From positions 53,392 through 117,391 of the IMG/VR virus record IMGVR_UViG_3300038393_000351: 64,000 bases of DNA; one strand, given 5' to 3'. The DNA is from a virus. Position numbers and translations under genes: made by a program. Under the pieces are notes generated by a model. The model ran no database searches, had not been told where the DNA came from, and saw nothing but the letters and a program-made list of their open reading frames with translations. This document shows, piece by piece, positions 25,323 to 34,080 of the stretch. Position 1 is the first letter of the stretch. Each line of letters begins with the position of its first letter.

Positions 25323-25847
25323 TTAGTTGACTCGCTCTATCTCAAATCGAGAATACATGAACGAGCAAGCAACAGTGATTGGTTCAGGAGACTTGATTCG
25401 AGTATCAAAATCAAGACCAGATAATCCAATTGGAAAGCAGCCGTGGTAGTTTACATGGAATGCTGGATTCTTAGCATTATCCATTACCGTCAGAACGATC
25501 TCAGACTTGGTTGCCAGTGAAGTCCACTCCGGATTCTTCAAGAGATCTGCATACTGCTGAAAGTCGTTTGGGAAACCCAGGGACATGAGCCATGTATACA
25601 ACTCCAGGTAGTTGGACATGTTCTCATCGACTGAAAACACGATGTCCAGAGTCTCAAAATCAACGTGATCACCTGAGAATGGAATATTTACGAACGGTGT
25701 CGGATACGCTGTCGATTTGATAGAAAATCCGGGTATGTTCGCTTTCTGAATGTAGAACTCACAGTTCGGCGCTCTTCTCAGCTGGAACTGGAAGTTGATC
25801 GGTGATAGGAAATTTGTAGTCGATGGGTTTCTATCTAGAACCGTCAC
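25323..25847 (-). CDS. gp3: tail tube terminator / tail completion protein
   Basis: NFLSPINF.F...ANIPG...VDENMSNYLELY.W...FP..LSGL.FD. Confidence 0.88.
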   Translation of the reverse strand: MTVLDRNPSTTNFLSPINFQFQLRRAPNCEFYIQKANIPGFSIKSTAYPTPFVNIPFSGDHVDFETLDIVFSVDENMSNYLELYTWLMSLGFPNDFQQYADLLKNPEWTSLATKSEIVLTVMDNAKNPAFHVNYHGCFPIGLSGLDFDTRIKSPEPITVACSFMYSRFEIERVN

Positions 25848-26290
25848 TCTGCTTCTTTCACTCCAGGATGAAGAGGTTTCTCTTCCGATGGTTTGTCTTT
25901 CCTGTATTTATGATTCTTCTTATCATCGAAGTTGGTGACATGAGCTCTGATGTGTTCATGACCGTGAACAAACGCTGAAGCAGCTCTGTGATTCCCATTA
26001 GCGATTACCAGCTTACCATGAATCTGATGCACTTTAATAGGCGGATAGTCTTTCTCAAGCGGTCTGATCTTTTTTGAATCTACGCCGCTCTGCCAAGCGT
26101 GAAGGTGTTTGACTGGAACGTGATACACTTTATGTTGATTTTTATCTTCAGCTTCGTATTTGTTTTTCTTCAGGTGACTGAGAGAATCATGAAGAGGGAA
26201 TGGTGTTGAATCAAAGTCCGATTTAGGTGTGTGATGAGAACCGAACTTCCATTCGCTGTTTTCTTTGATGAACTGTGAGAACTTCTTCAT
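25844..26290 (-). CDS. putative internal head protein with ParB/Srx-like domain
   Basis: N-terminal MKKFSQFIKE capsid-targeting-like signal; PPIKV...IANGNHRAAS. Confidence 0.65.
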   Translation of the reverse strand: MKKFSQFIKENSEWKFGSHHTPKSDFDSTPFPLHDSLSHLKKNKYEAEDKNQHKVYHVPVKHLHAWQSGVDSKKIRPLEKDYPPIKVHQIHGKLVIANGNHRAASAFVHGHEHIRAHVTNFDDKKNHKYRKDKPSEEKPLHPGVKEAE

Positions 26291-26997
26291 TTATCTTTGT
26301 ATCCGTAGTGTGCCATCAGGCGCTTCCTTCGTTCGACGAAAGTTCTGTGCAGCTCTTCGTGATTCGGAAGCCCAGATGTTTTGAACAAGTGATGGATGTG
26401 ATCCATATCCATGTGTCTGACGCTGTGCATCGCTCTGTGAATCGCACCCGGATCTTTTCTGAAGACATGAGTGAAGACGCGTCCAGATGGATGATCCTTC
26501 TTAAAGTCCTCGATCTCAGGTGATGGATCGTGGTGGTATTCTTTGTGTTGACCCTTAGCTTTGAAGTTGAAAGAAGAACCATGATCGATTGAGTGAAGAT
26601 CACCAGTCTTCTTGTGTTTCATGACGTTGTCGTACACTAGACCAAAAGCGTCTTTATTATTTGTTAGTACGGCAGCGTGGTGTAAGCGACCTACTTGTGT
26701 GTGCTGTTCATGGTTGAGGTTTTGAAAGTGCTTGAGATGCATTGGTTTTAAGTGAGGATTCCACTTTGATTTAACCGATGGCTTTCCATCGTGGTCGACT
26801 AAGTGGTGATCGGGAGTGTGGATTCCCATGTGTTTATAGATCTTTGAAGTCAGCACTTCTGAGCGAGTCTGATTCGGATCTTTATAGGACTTGATGTAGT
26901 GCTTACCCTCGTGGTCCTCATAAGTACCGCCCTCGTTTGAGCCGAGTTTTTCACCGACTTTCTTCATCTCAGCAATGAACTCAGAGAACTTCTTCAT
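26287..26997 (-). CDS. putative internal head protein with PI3/PI4/HipA-like kinase fold
   Basis: MKKFSEFIAE signal; LGSNEGG..Y...YIK...E...D.FG..DN...IDHGSSF. Confidence 0.65.
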   Translation of the reverse strand: MKKFSEFIAEMKKVGEKLGSNEGGTYEDHEGKHYIKSYKDPNQTRSEVLTSKIYKHMGIHTPDHHLVDHDGKPSVKSKWNPHLKPMHLKHFQNLNHEQHTQVGRLHHAAVLTNNKDAFGLVYDNVMKHKKTGDLHSIDHGSSFNFKAKGQHKEYHHDPSPEIEDFKKDHPSGRVFTHVFRKDPGAIHRAMHSVRHMDMDHIHHLFKTSGLPNHEELHRTFVERRKRLMAHYGYKDK

Positions 26998-27013
26998 TTG
27001 AATTTATACCTTA

Positions 27014-27451
27014 TTATCGCGTCTTTTTACGAAACGATGTATCAGTTGATAACTCCACACCTCTCTTTTTCAGAATGCGAGCGGCACCTGGTGATAAACG
27101 TTTAGATTTCTCTGATGGTTTACGCTTCTTAAGTGATGGACCAGTAGTCACTGCTTTTTCATCGTAACCGCTGACTTTATTGACTTCCTCCTTCACGACT
27201 TTCTTTGTCTCTACGCGGTGAACGGCGGCGTTTTTGTATCCCGAGATCGGATGCGGAAAACGAGAGATCTTATCCAGAGCTCTCTTCTTAGCGTGCTCGG
27301 GATTCTTAGCACTGACCGGAACGCGGATCGAAGCTGTTCCTTTACCAGACGGATCATCGTACTTGATGTGGACGATGTGAGTGGATTCGGAGATGTCTTT
27401 AGAGTGCATCTCCGAGAGTAGTTTCTTTGCGTCTTCGATGAGCTTCTTCAT
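27014..27451 (-). CDS. basic putative internal head protein
   Basis: Lys/His-rich; MKKLIEDAKKLLSE leader. Confidence 0.6.
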   Translation of the reverse strand: MKKLIEDAKKLLSEMHSKDISESTHIVHIKYDDPSGKGTASIRVPVSAKNPEHAKKRALDKISRFPHPISGYKNAAVHRVETKKVVKEEVNKVSGYDEKAVTTGPSLKKRKPSEKSKRLSPGAARILKKRGVELSTDTSFRKKTR

Positions 27452-28062
27452 TTCTCGCGTACTCCAAGATACTTAACAGAGTTGATTTTTGAACCTTTTT
27501 TCTCTTTAAAGAAGCGATGATTTCTTGCAGCGTCTTCTGATTTTTCTTTCGTTTGAACGGTTACGTTTTTATTCCGCCATCGACCGTGATTATAATTTAC
27601 GGCCCATCGATGATGACCAATACCGATAAATTCGTCATAAGACAGTTTCTTATGTTCAACGTTTTCTGAGATGTCATGATCAGTTGAGATGTCTTCACCA
27701 CCGAACTTCTTAGCAGCCCATTTGTGATTAGCAGCTACGTCTCGAGGATGAACGCGTCCTTTGAATCTCCACTCAGAGCCGCTGTATCCACCACGTGATG
27801 AAACGAGAGTGTGACTCTTAGTGTGATGTACATGAAGCTCCTTAGCGTCCGGATCACCTTCAGCTCGATGAATCTTGATTACGTGATCGGCTTTATGTTT
27901 AGAGATGTGATTGTAGTCTCTATCAGTGAGTTCACCACCATTACCGAGCTTAGACGGGTGTGAGATCTTTCTATAACCACTTTCATCGTGCTCTTCATTC
28001 AGCCGTTGCTCGCGAACTTGAGCGATGATTCTCTTAGCTTCCTCCAGATATTTCTCGTTCAT
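27448..28062 (-). CDS. His-rich putative internal head protein
   Basis: AAGGAG RBS before ATG 28062; LNE/ISE candidate gp21 cleavage sites. Confidence 0.6.
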   Translation of the reverse strand: MNEKYLEEAKRIIAQVREQRLNEEHDESGYRKISHPSKLGNGGELTDRDYNHISKHKADHVIKIHRAEGDPDAKELHVHHTKSHTLVSSRGGYSGSEWRFKGRVHPRDVAANHKWAAKKFGGEDISTDHDISENVEHKKLSYDEFIGIGHHRWAVNYNHGRWRNKNVTVQTKEKSEDAARNHRFFKEKKGSKINSVKYLGVREK

Positions 28063-28125
28063 TGTGATAACTCCTTTTAAAGACTCGTGATTTATTATAT
28101 CATCGGTGGCCAACGTGTACATGTC

Positions 28126-28157
28126 AGAAAAAAGGCCGGGAACAGAATCCCCGGCCT
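28126..28157 (-). terminator. terminator after major capsid gene
   Basis: AGGCCGGG-loop-CCCGGCCT followed by TTTTT on minus strand. Confidence 0.8.
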
Positions 28158-28199
28158 CGAAAGGTCGACCGGTTTGTTCCGGTCTTATTCTTGTGTCTC

Positions 28200-29600
28200 T
28201 TACGAGAGGTGTGTAACGAGCACTCGACGATAGTACTTATTGGAATCCTGGTGGATCACACCGAGTCCCTTTGTCAGACCCTCGGCGTACGGGTTCGCAA
28301 CCATGCCGTAACGAGTCTTGAAGCCGATCTTCGGGGCGTAGGTGTTCGGATCGGTCGCGCGGACCATCTGGATCGGAACGTACGGGCAGTAGAAGAGACC
28401 GGCATCCTGCCAACCAGCGCCCTTGTATCCAAGAACGTAGTAGTTGAATCCAGCCGGAGCGTACGGATCGATGTAGAGCTTATACTTACCATTCAAGACA
28501 CCGCAGAAGGTCGTGCCGGTATCGTCGATCTGGAGGTTGTTGCTCAGGCGGTCCTGATTGTTCAGCTTACCAACCGACTCTAGGGCAGACGCAACGTCTG
28601 AGGAGCAGAGGATGATGTTACCCTTACCGCGCCGGGTCTCGGTAGCGATACGGTTAGCGTCACGGTCGATCTGGAACATCAGACCCTTGAACTTTTCGTT
28701 GTGCCAGCGGCCGTTAGCGTCGGTATCGAGGTCAAAGATACCAGGAGTCGTAACGTCGATCTGGGCACCCGGAACAGCGGACATATACACTGTGCGGACG
28801 ATTTCACGGTTGATCTCAGCGATCAGCTCAGCGGAGATGTCGTTGGCCAGCTCAGACTCAGCGTCTAGACCGTGGATCGCCTTAAGATCCTGTGCCATCT
28901 CCATTGAATAGGTTGCCTGCATGCCGCGTGTCTTAGCTTCCACCATGACTTTCTCGATGGTGAACGCAAGCTCGGGGAAGATGGCGTTGGCGTTTGAACC
29001 AAGACCTTCAGCCAGTGAGCGAGCCACACCGCCGGCGTAGTTGTAGTTGTTGTTAGCAACGTTGTTTGAAACACCAAACGTTGTACCGACGTTGCCGTTT
29101 GCACCACCCATCACGGTAGCGTTGGCGTAGCCTGCATCAGTGGTGTTAGCGTTCATGCCCTCGCGAGCGGAGAAGCCGGTATCAACTTCGTTGTAGAAAG
29201 TCTCTGAACCAGCCTGGTTAGCCAGACGAGTGCGCTTAGCAAACACAAGACCAGTCGGACCAGTCATTGCCTGCACGCCGCAGAAGTCGTAGGCGATCAG
29301 GTTGGGCATTGCCCGGCGCAGTAGAGACACGATGATCGGATCATACGTATCAATCGGACCCGCACCAGCGGTTGATGAAGATGAACCCATTGAGTTCGTC
29401 GGAGCAGCCTCGAACAGGTTGAATGAACCGTGCGCCCGCTCAACTGAAATCTCACGCTGAGTATTCTCGAGGATCTTAGCAAGGTCGCGCTTGCGCTTGG
29501 AGTCGGCGATCGCCGGAAGCTCCGGGCTCGTGTGCTCAGTGATAGGTGCCCATTTCTTAAGCAGACCCTCTGAGATCATTTCATTCTGTTCGTCAGCCAT
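28200..29600 (-). CDS. gp23: major capsid protein
   Basis: RRAMPNLIAYD.CGVQ.MTGPTGL.FA, DLKAIHGLDAESEL, PKIGFKTRYG. Confidence 0.98.
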   Translation of the reverse strand: MADEQNEMISEGLLKKWAPITEHTSPELPAIADSKRKRDLAKILENTQREISVERAHGSFNLFEAAPTNSMGSSSSTAGAGPIDTYDPIIVSLLRRAMPNLIAYDFCGVQAMTGPTGLVFAKRTRLANQAGSETFYNEVDTGFSAREGMNANTTDAGYANATVMGGANGNVGTTFGVSNNVANNNYNYAGGVARSLAEGLGSNANAIFPELAFTIEKVMVEAKTRGMQATYSMEMAQDLKAIHGLDAESELANDISAELIAEINREIVRTVYMSAVPGAQIDVTTPGIFDLDTDANGRWHNEKFKGLMFQIDRDANRIATETRRGKGNIILCSSDVASALESVGKLNNQDRLSNNLQIDDTGTTFCGVLNGKYKLYIDPYAPAGFNYYVLGYKGAGWQDAGLFYCPYVPIQMVRATDPNTYAPKIGFKTRYGMVANPYAEGLTKGLGVIHQDSNKYYRRVLVTHLS

Positions 29601-29650
29601 TGTAGTCTTTCTCCCTTTATTCTGTATTTTTATTTATTGTGCGGCAACAC

Positions 29651-31156
29651 TTAGCCGCGAGATGAGTTCATATACCGAGCCGCAGCAGCGACGAACGGAT
29701 CACTGATGACTTGCTTATTATCCGTGAATGATGAGCCCTCTTCATTCAACATATCGACTGAGCCGGATGTTGAAGGAGGAGTCTTCTTATTGAAGTAGTT
29801 CTCACGAACGACTTGAATCTTCTTTGTGTACGACTCGACGTTTCCATCGAACTCCACGTTCTCGATCAGAGTCTTAAGCTTCTCTGAATCCGCGAGTGTT
29901 AGACCCTCTGAGACAGCGTCGATGACGTCTTCACGAGCCGCTTCTAGAATATCAGCCTCAAGCTCAGCCTTAGTCGATAGAGCCTCATCGAGCTTAGCTT
30001 CCAGCTCAACGATCTGATCTGACATCTCACGGACAACGTCCAAGCGCTCCTCGGGAACGTCGATGTATGACTCAATGAACAGCTCCCTGAGCTTATCCAT
30101 GAACTGCTCGGTGTTCTCCAGACGAAGAGTATCAACCACTGCAACTTCGTTCTCCGCGATCCACTGATCAACGGCGTACTCAACGTACTTATCGAGATTG
30201 ACAGCTGTCTCCTCGATGAACTCAGCCATCGCTTCGTTCAACTCGGTCTCATACTGCTCCTGAAGTTCGGCTTCAATGAGTGAGGTACGCATCGTCACAG
30301 CCGCTTCAAAGAGCGCTGAGATCTTGCCCTGAGCTTCCTCAGTCAGAGACTCACCACCGAAGATCGACTCGACTTCCTCTTTAGTCGCATCCCATAGAGC
30401 CGGTTTCGGACCCAGGGACTTCATAGCACCGTCCGCTGCTGGACCAGAACCGCCCTTTGCATCCGAGGGTTTCATGTTCTGAGTCGCTTTGTTGGATTCC
30501 GCGGAACCCTTAGCAGCGTTCGTCTTCCATTTTTCGTATTGAGTCAGAAGCTCCTTGGCGTGATCAAGAACCCAGGGAGTCGGCATCGCACCGAGTGCAC
30601 CGAGAACTGAAGCCATAGCTTCGGGTTTTGATTTCGGATCGTTTACTGGAGCCGTACCGGGATGAAGAGAATCAATAGCTGCTTCATCAAGCGCTGCGTC
30701 AACATCTTCCTCAATGTTTAGATCAACTTCATCTTCCATGTCTGTGTCCTCTTTAGTTAGCTTATCAGTAGCTTTATCGATACCAGCTAAACGCTTCTTC
30801 GATTTATCTAAACTTTTTCTTTGTGGAGAATTCTTAAATGTATATGAATCTCCAGCACGGCGTGAATGTTTAGCTGCATCTACTGATGCTTTCTTGACGT
30901 AAGAACCAAGCGTCTTCTTGGAGATTTCGTCAATCTGTTCATCAGACATATCTGTATCCTCTTTTGTTAGACGATCAACGGCTTTATCGATGCCACTTAA
31001 TCTATTAGACAGTTTTCTCTGTGCTTTATTAGCTTTTTCTTTGGTTGAAAATTTAGACACTACGTCAACAGATTTATTTGGAACATCTTTGGAAGCTTTC
31101 TTGACGTAAGAACCAAGCGTCTTCTTAGAAATCTCGTCGATCTGCTCGTCAGCCAT
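29651..31156 (-). CDS. gp22: prohead core scaffold protein with N-terminal repeat modules
   Basis: acidic coiled coil, LFEAAV, LDKYVEY.VDQW..EN..A, LFIESYIDVPEE; position between gp21 and gp23. Confidence 0.9.
   Translation of the reverse strand: MADEQIDEISKKTLGSYVKKASKDVPNKSVDVVSKFSTKEKANKAQRKLSNRLSGIDKAVDRLTKEDTDMSDEQIDEISKKTLGSYVKKASVDAAKHSRRAGDSYTFKNSPQRKSLDKSKKRLAGIDKATDKLTKEDTDMEDEVDLNIEEDVDAALDEAAIDSLHPGTAPVNDPKSKPEAMASVLGALGAMPTPWVLDHAKELLTQYEKWKTNAAKGSAESNKATQNMKPSDAKGGSGPAADGAMKSLGPKPALWDATKEEVESIFGGESLTEEAQGKISALFEAAVTMRTSLIEAELQEQYETELNEAMAEFIEETAVNLDKYVEYAVDQWIAENEVAVVDTLRLENTEQFMDKLRELFIESYIDVPEERLDVVREMSDQIVELEAKLDEALSTKAELEADILEAAREDVIDAVSEGLTLADSEKLKTLIENVEFDGNVESYTKKIQVVRENYFNKKTPPSTSGSVDMLNEEGSSFTDNKQVISDPFVAAAARYMNSSRG
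30740..31156 (-). repeat. duplicated DEQIDEISKKTLGSYVKKA...GIDKA.D.LTKEDTD module
   Basis: two peptide copies; identical DNA TTCTTGACGTAAGAACCAAGCGTCTTCTT near 30891 and 31098. Confidence 0.85.
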
Positions 31157-31190
31157 TGGTTCACCTGTTTCTATTCTTTGCCAATATTTA

Positions 31191-31865
31191 TTAGTTACGG
31201 TTTCTCAAGATGAGGTTCTTCATAAATGACTTGAAGACGTCGACTTTCTGCTCTGAGATCTGAGATAGAGACATCTTTGAGATCACTTTCTTCGTATCGT
31301 CGAGCTTCTCAGCGATCCAACCGTTACCCTCAGTCAGGTGCCACTCGACTCCCTCCATCACTCCTCGAACGAACGCATCGGGTGCCGATGGATCAAGAAC
31401 AACGTCGGCCGCTGTAGCGATCCTAAAGTCCTTCTGAACTTCCATGATGCCGCTCATGTTCTCCTTGAGAGAACCCATACCTCTAGATGAGACACCGATC
31501 GAACCACCTGAGTTGATCAGACCAGCGACGATAGCACCTGGACCGTTCTCAGTGATGACGAGAGCTTTACCCCTGAAGTTCGTTCCCTCTTTGACCAGGG
31601 AGATGATTCGATGTGAGACGTTTCTGGGATCGATCTGAGGACCCTGCGGGTGTGTGAGCTCACCCCAACCCTTGTTGGCATTGACCGCTTCGATTACGTA
31701 TCGATTGACTTCAGGCTCAAGGACTTCCATCGGATAGACGCGCCCGTTGCGGTTCTTGATAGCACCCTGCAGGAACGTACCCTCGATGTATAGCCTCTTC
31801 TGGCCATTCGCTTCCTCGATCATCTGAGGAGCGGCGTCTTCGATCTTCTCTATGATTAGCTTCAT
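31191..31865 (-). CDS. gp21: prohead core protease
   Basis: YIEG.FLQ..IKNRNGRVYP, GELTHP, GVSSRGMGS, D.V.DPSAPDA. Confidence 0.96.
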   Translation of the reverse strand: MKLIIEKIEDAAPQMIEEANGQKRLYIEGTFLQGAIKNRNGRVYPMEVLEPEVNRYVIEAVNANKGWGELTHPQGPQIDPRNVSHRIISLVKEGTNFRGKALVITENGPGAIVAGLINSGGSIGVSSRGMGSLKENMSGIMEVQKDFRIATAADVVLDPSAPDAFVRGVMEGVEWHLTEGNGWIAEKLDDTKKVISKMSLSQISEQKVDVFKSFMKNLILRNRN

Positions 31866-31869
31866 CTGA

Positions 31870-32124
31870 TTACCACGCTGAGACTGCTACGGCTACCGTT
31901 GTAGCTGAGTTTGATGTAAGAGTATCGGTAGGATCTTTCCTAAAGTAGAATTCATTACCCTGACGAATCGTGATCGTTCCGATGGTGTTTCCACCTGCAT
32001 CCTTATGTGTGATCAGCGCATTGCCTGTTCCCGTTTCAAGGACGCGCACCGCTTTACTGTTATTCACTGTATTAGCTGTGCTGAGTGCGATTTCAGATGA
32101 CTGAAGACGAATTGTTTGATACAT
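31870..32124 (-). CDS. conserved hypothetical virion-region protein
   Basis: 84-aa beta-rich ORF ending K.PTDTL, upstream of gp21. Confidence 0.7.
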   Translation of the reverse strand: MYQTIRLQSSEIALSTANTVNNSKAVRVLETGTGNALITHKDAGGNTIGTITIRQGNEFYFRKDPTDTLTSNSATTVAVAVSAW

Positions 32125-32411
32125 TATTTCTTTCCTTTAGCGTCGATTCTCGCCTTGATCTTCTTAGCTTCTTTACCATCCTCGATCGAGAAACCGAGAT
32201 TTCTCTTCCAGTCGGGTGACTTCTTCAGATCAACGTGCGATACTGAGCTCTTTTTATCTCTGAGAAGTTTATCTCTCTTTGCACGCATGAGCTGCTTGGA
32301 GTGATATGCTTCGCTGTCAGAACGTCGTTTAGAAGCTTTCGCAGCATCTCCATGATGCTTGATGATGGCTTCTAGACTTCCCTTTCCGACGATTTCGCGA
32401 AGCTGCTTCAT
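32124..32411 (-). CDS. basic putative prohead core/internal protein
   Basis: MKQLREIV leader; Lys-rich. Confidence 0.6.
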   Translation of the reverse strand: MKQLREIVGKGSLEAIIKHHGDAAKASKRRSDSEAYHSKQLMRAKRDKLLRDKKSSVSHVDLKKSPDWKRNLGFSIEDGKEAKKIKARIDAKGKK

Positions 32412-32902
32412 TACTTCTCTAGTCTCTTATCAGCCATTGCTAAACCTTTTCGTCTTTGACGACTTTTTTGAAACAGAGCTTTTGCATTACGACTGTGTCT
32501 ATCTTGTTTATCAGGATTTCGATTTCCATCAGTCGACATCGCTTTATCTTCTTCCTGATCAGCTTTCTTTTCAAGACGATCGACGTGTGTGGCTGCTTTA
32601 CGGCGATAAGACTTCAGAGTTTTCTTATCAAGTTCATCGATCTGATCAACGTCCTCACCGAGCTTCTGCGAAAAACCACGACCCGGTGACTTCTCAGAAT
32701 CATCTTTCTTCAGAGACGTCTTGTAGTTCTCGCCCGAATCGTCTTCCGGATTCGTTACGTCCGTTGCGGGAGACGTATTCTGCCTGACCCACTCCTCTTC
32801 GTCTTCCTTTGCAGGAGAGCGATTTGGATTCATGGGAATGTTGATTTTAGTCGGAGACGGTATCGGCTTCTTACCGACTATTGCTCGAAGAGGTTTCACC
32901 AT
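32411..32902 (-). CDS. putative prohead core protein
   Basis: contains QIDELDKKTLKSYRRKA module; gp68-like position. Confidence 0.6.
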   Translation of the reverse strand: MVKPLRAIVGKKPIPSPTKINIPMNPNRSPAKEDEEEWVRQNTSPATDVTNPEDDSGENYKTSLKKDDSEKSPGRGFSQKLGEDVDQIDELDKKTLKSYRRKAATHVDRLEKKADQEEDKAMSTDGNRNPDKQDRHSRNAKALFQKSRQRRKGLAMADKRLEK

Positions 32903-34059
32903 TAGTCGGTCAACTTTCCTGTTTCAAGTTTCTTCAGCGCTTTCTCAACACCGCGTTGACGTTTTCCAAAAGCTGTAGTCTTACGATGATTTGGATCTAG
33001 CTTATCCATCGCTTTGGCTTCTTTATCGTAAGTCTTCTCAATTTTAGCGCGATGTTTACTTTCACCATATTTGTTATATTCACGTCGATTATAATAATCA
33101 CGCCGTTCATCTGAAAACTTCTTTACTGAAGGATGATTCTTCATATCGTTATAATGAACTCGCTTCTTCTCAGCATCGACGCGAGCTTTCTGAATGTATG
33201 ATCCGAGAGTCTTACCCGAAATCTCATCGACTTGCTCGACGTCTTCCTGAATGTCCTCGTCGTCGAACGTAGCCTGTGCAATGTCGATCTTGATCTCCTC
33301 GATACGATCCAGAGCCTTACGCTGCATCAGGGATGCGAAAGCAGATGAGAAGGCACCCGGCTCATTGTCATAGAGCGCATTGAGCATATCGACGTGTTCA
33401 GTTAAAGCTTCCTCCTCGATGTACTCTTCATCTAGATCTTCATAGTCCATGTCCATATCCTCTGTTACGTCTTCTTTGATGTGCCTATATGTATAAACGG
33501 AATGATGTGTGCCGTGTTGCGCATCAAAGAAGTGTTTTCCATCTTCATCGCGAATTATTCCACCAGAACGTCCGTACTCACCTCCGTGCTTCAGAACATG
33601 CTCTTTGAATTTTTTATTAAAATCAGGAGTATTTGTATGAAGTGCGCCGTGATGCGGCGCACTTAATATGTGTTTACTACCAGAAGTGTGACCAAGCTTT
33701 TCATATCTAATGTGATCTTTGCTAGTCGAATCTGATTTAAACAACTTATGTGTTTCATCCGCTATTTTTGATTCACCGAGATCATCAACGTTTTCATTTA
33801 CTTTCTTATTAGCCATGTTCTCCGCTTTCTTCTTCATTGCACGGTTGAAATCATTCGATGTATGCACCCCGGCGATCTGACTCAGAGCCGCTGAGATGGT
33901 CTTGTGAAAGCGTCCAAGCTTCCGGTGAACTTTTGCTTGTTCGGGATCGACTGACTTCGCCGAGATAGCATACTTCTTAGCAGCCTGATCATGAGCTTGC
34001 GAGTGCATATAGTACCTCTGTGCACCGCTCAGACTCTTCTCGTTGATTTCATCGACCAT
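32902..34059 (-). CDS. putative prohead core polyprotein (gp67-like position)
   Basis: directly downstream of portal; acidic segment plus His-rich and DEISGKTLGSYIQKA modules. Confidence 0.6.
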   Translation of the reverse strand: MVDEINEKSLSGAQRYYMHSQAHDQAAKKYAISAKSVDPEQAKVHRKLGRFHKTISAALSQIAGVHTSNDFNRAMKKKAENMANKKVNENVDDLGESKIADETHKLFKSDSTSKDHIRYEKLGHTSGSKHILSAPHHGALHTNTPDFNKKFKEHVLKHGGEYGRSGGIIRDEDGKHFFDAQHGTHHSVYTYRHIKEDVTEDMDMDYEDLDEEYIEEEALTEHVDMLNALYDNEPGAFSSAFASLMQRKALDRIEEIKIDIAQATFDDEDIQEDVEQVDEISGKTLGSYIQKARVDAEKKRVHYNDMKNHPSVKKFSDERRDYYNRREYNKYGESKHRAKIEKTYDKEAKAMDKLDPNHRKTTAFGKRQRGVEKALKKLETGKLTD

Positions 34060-34080
34060 TTAACACGCCTTTTCAATTAT

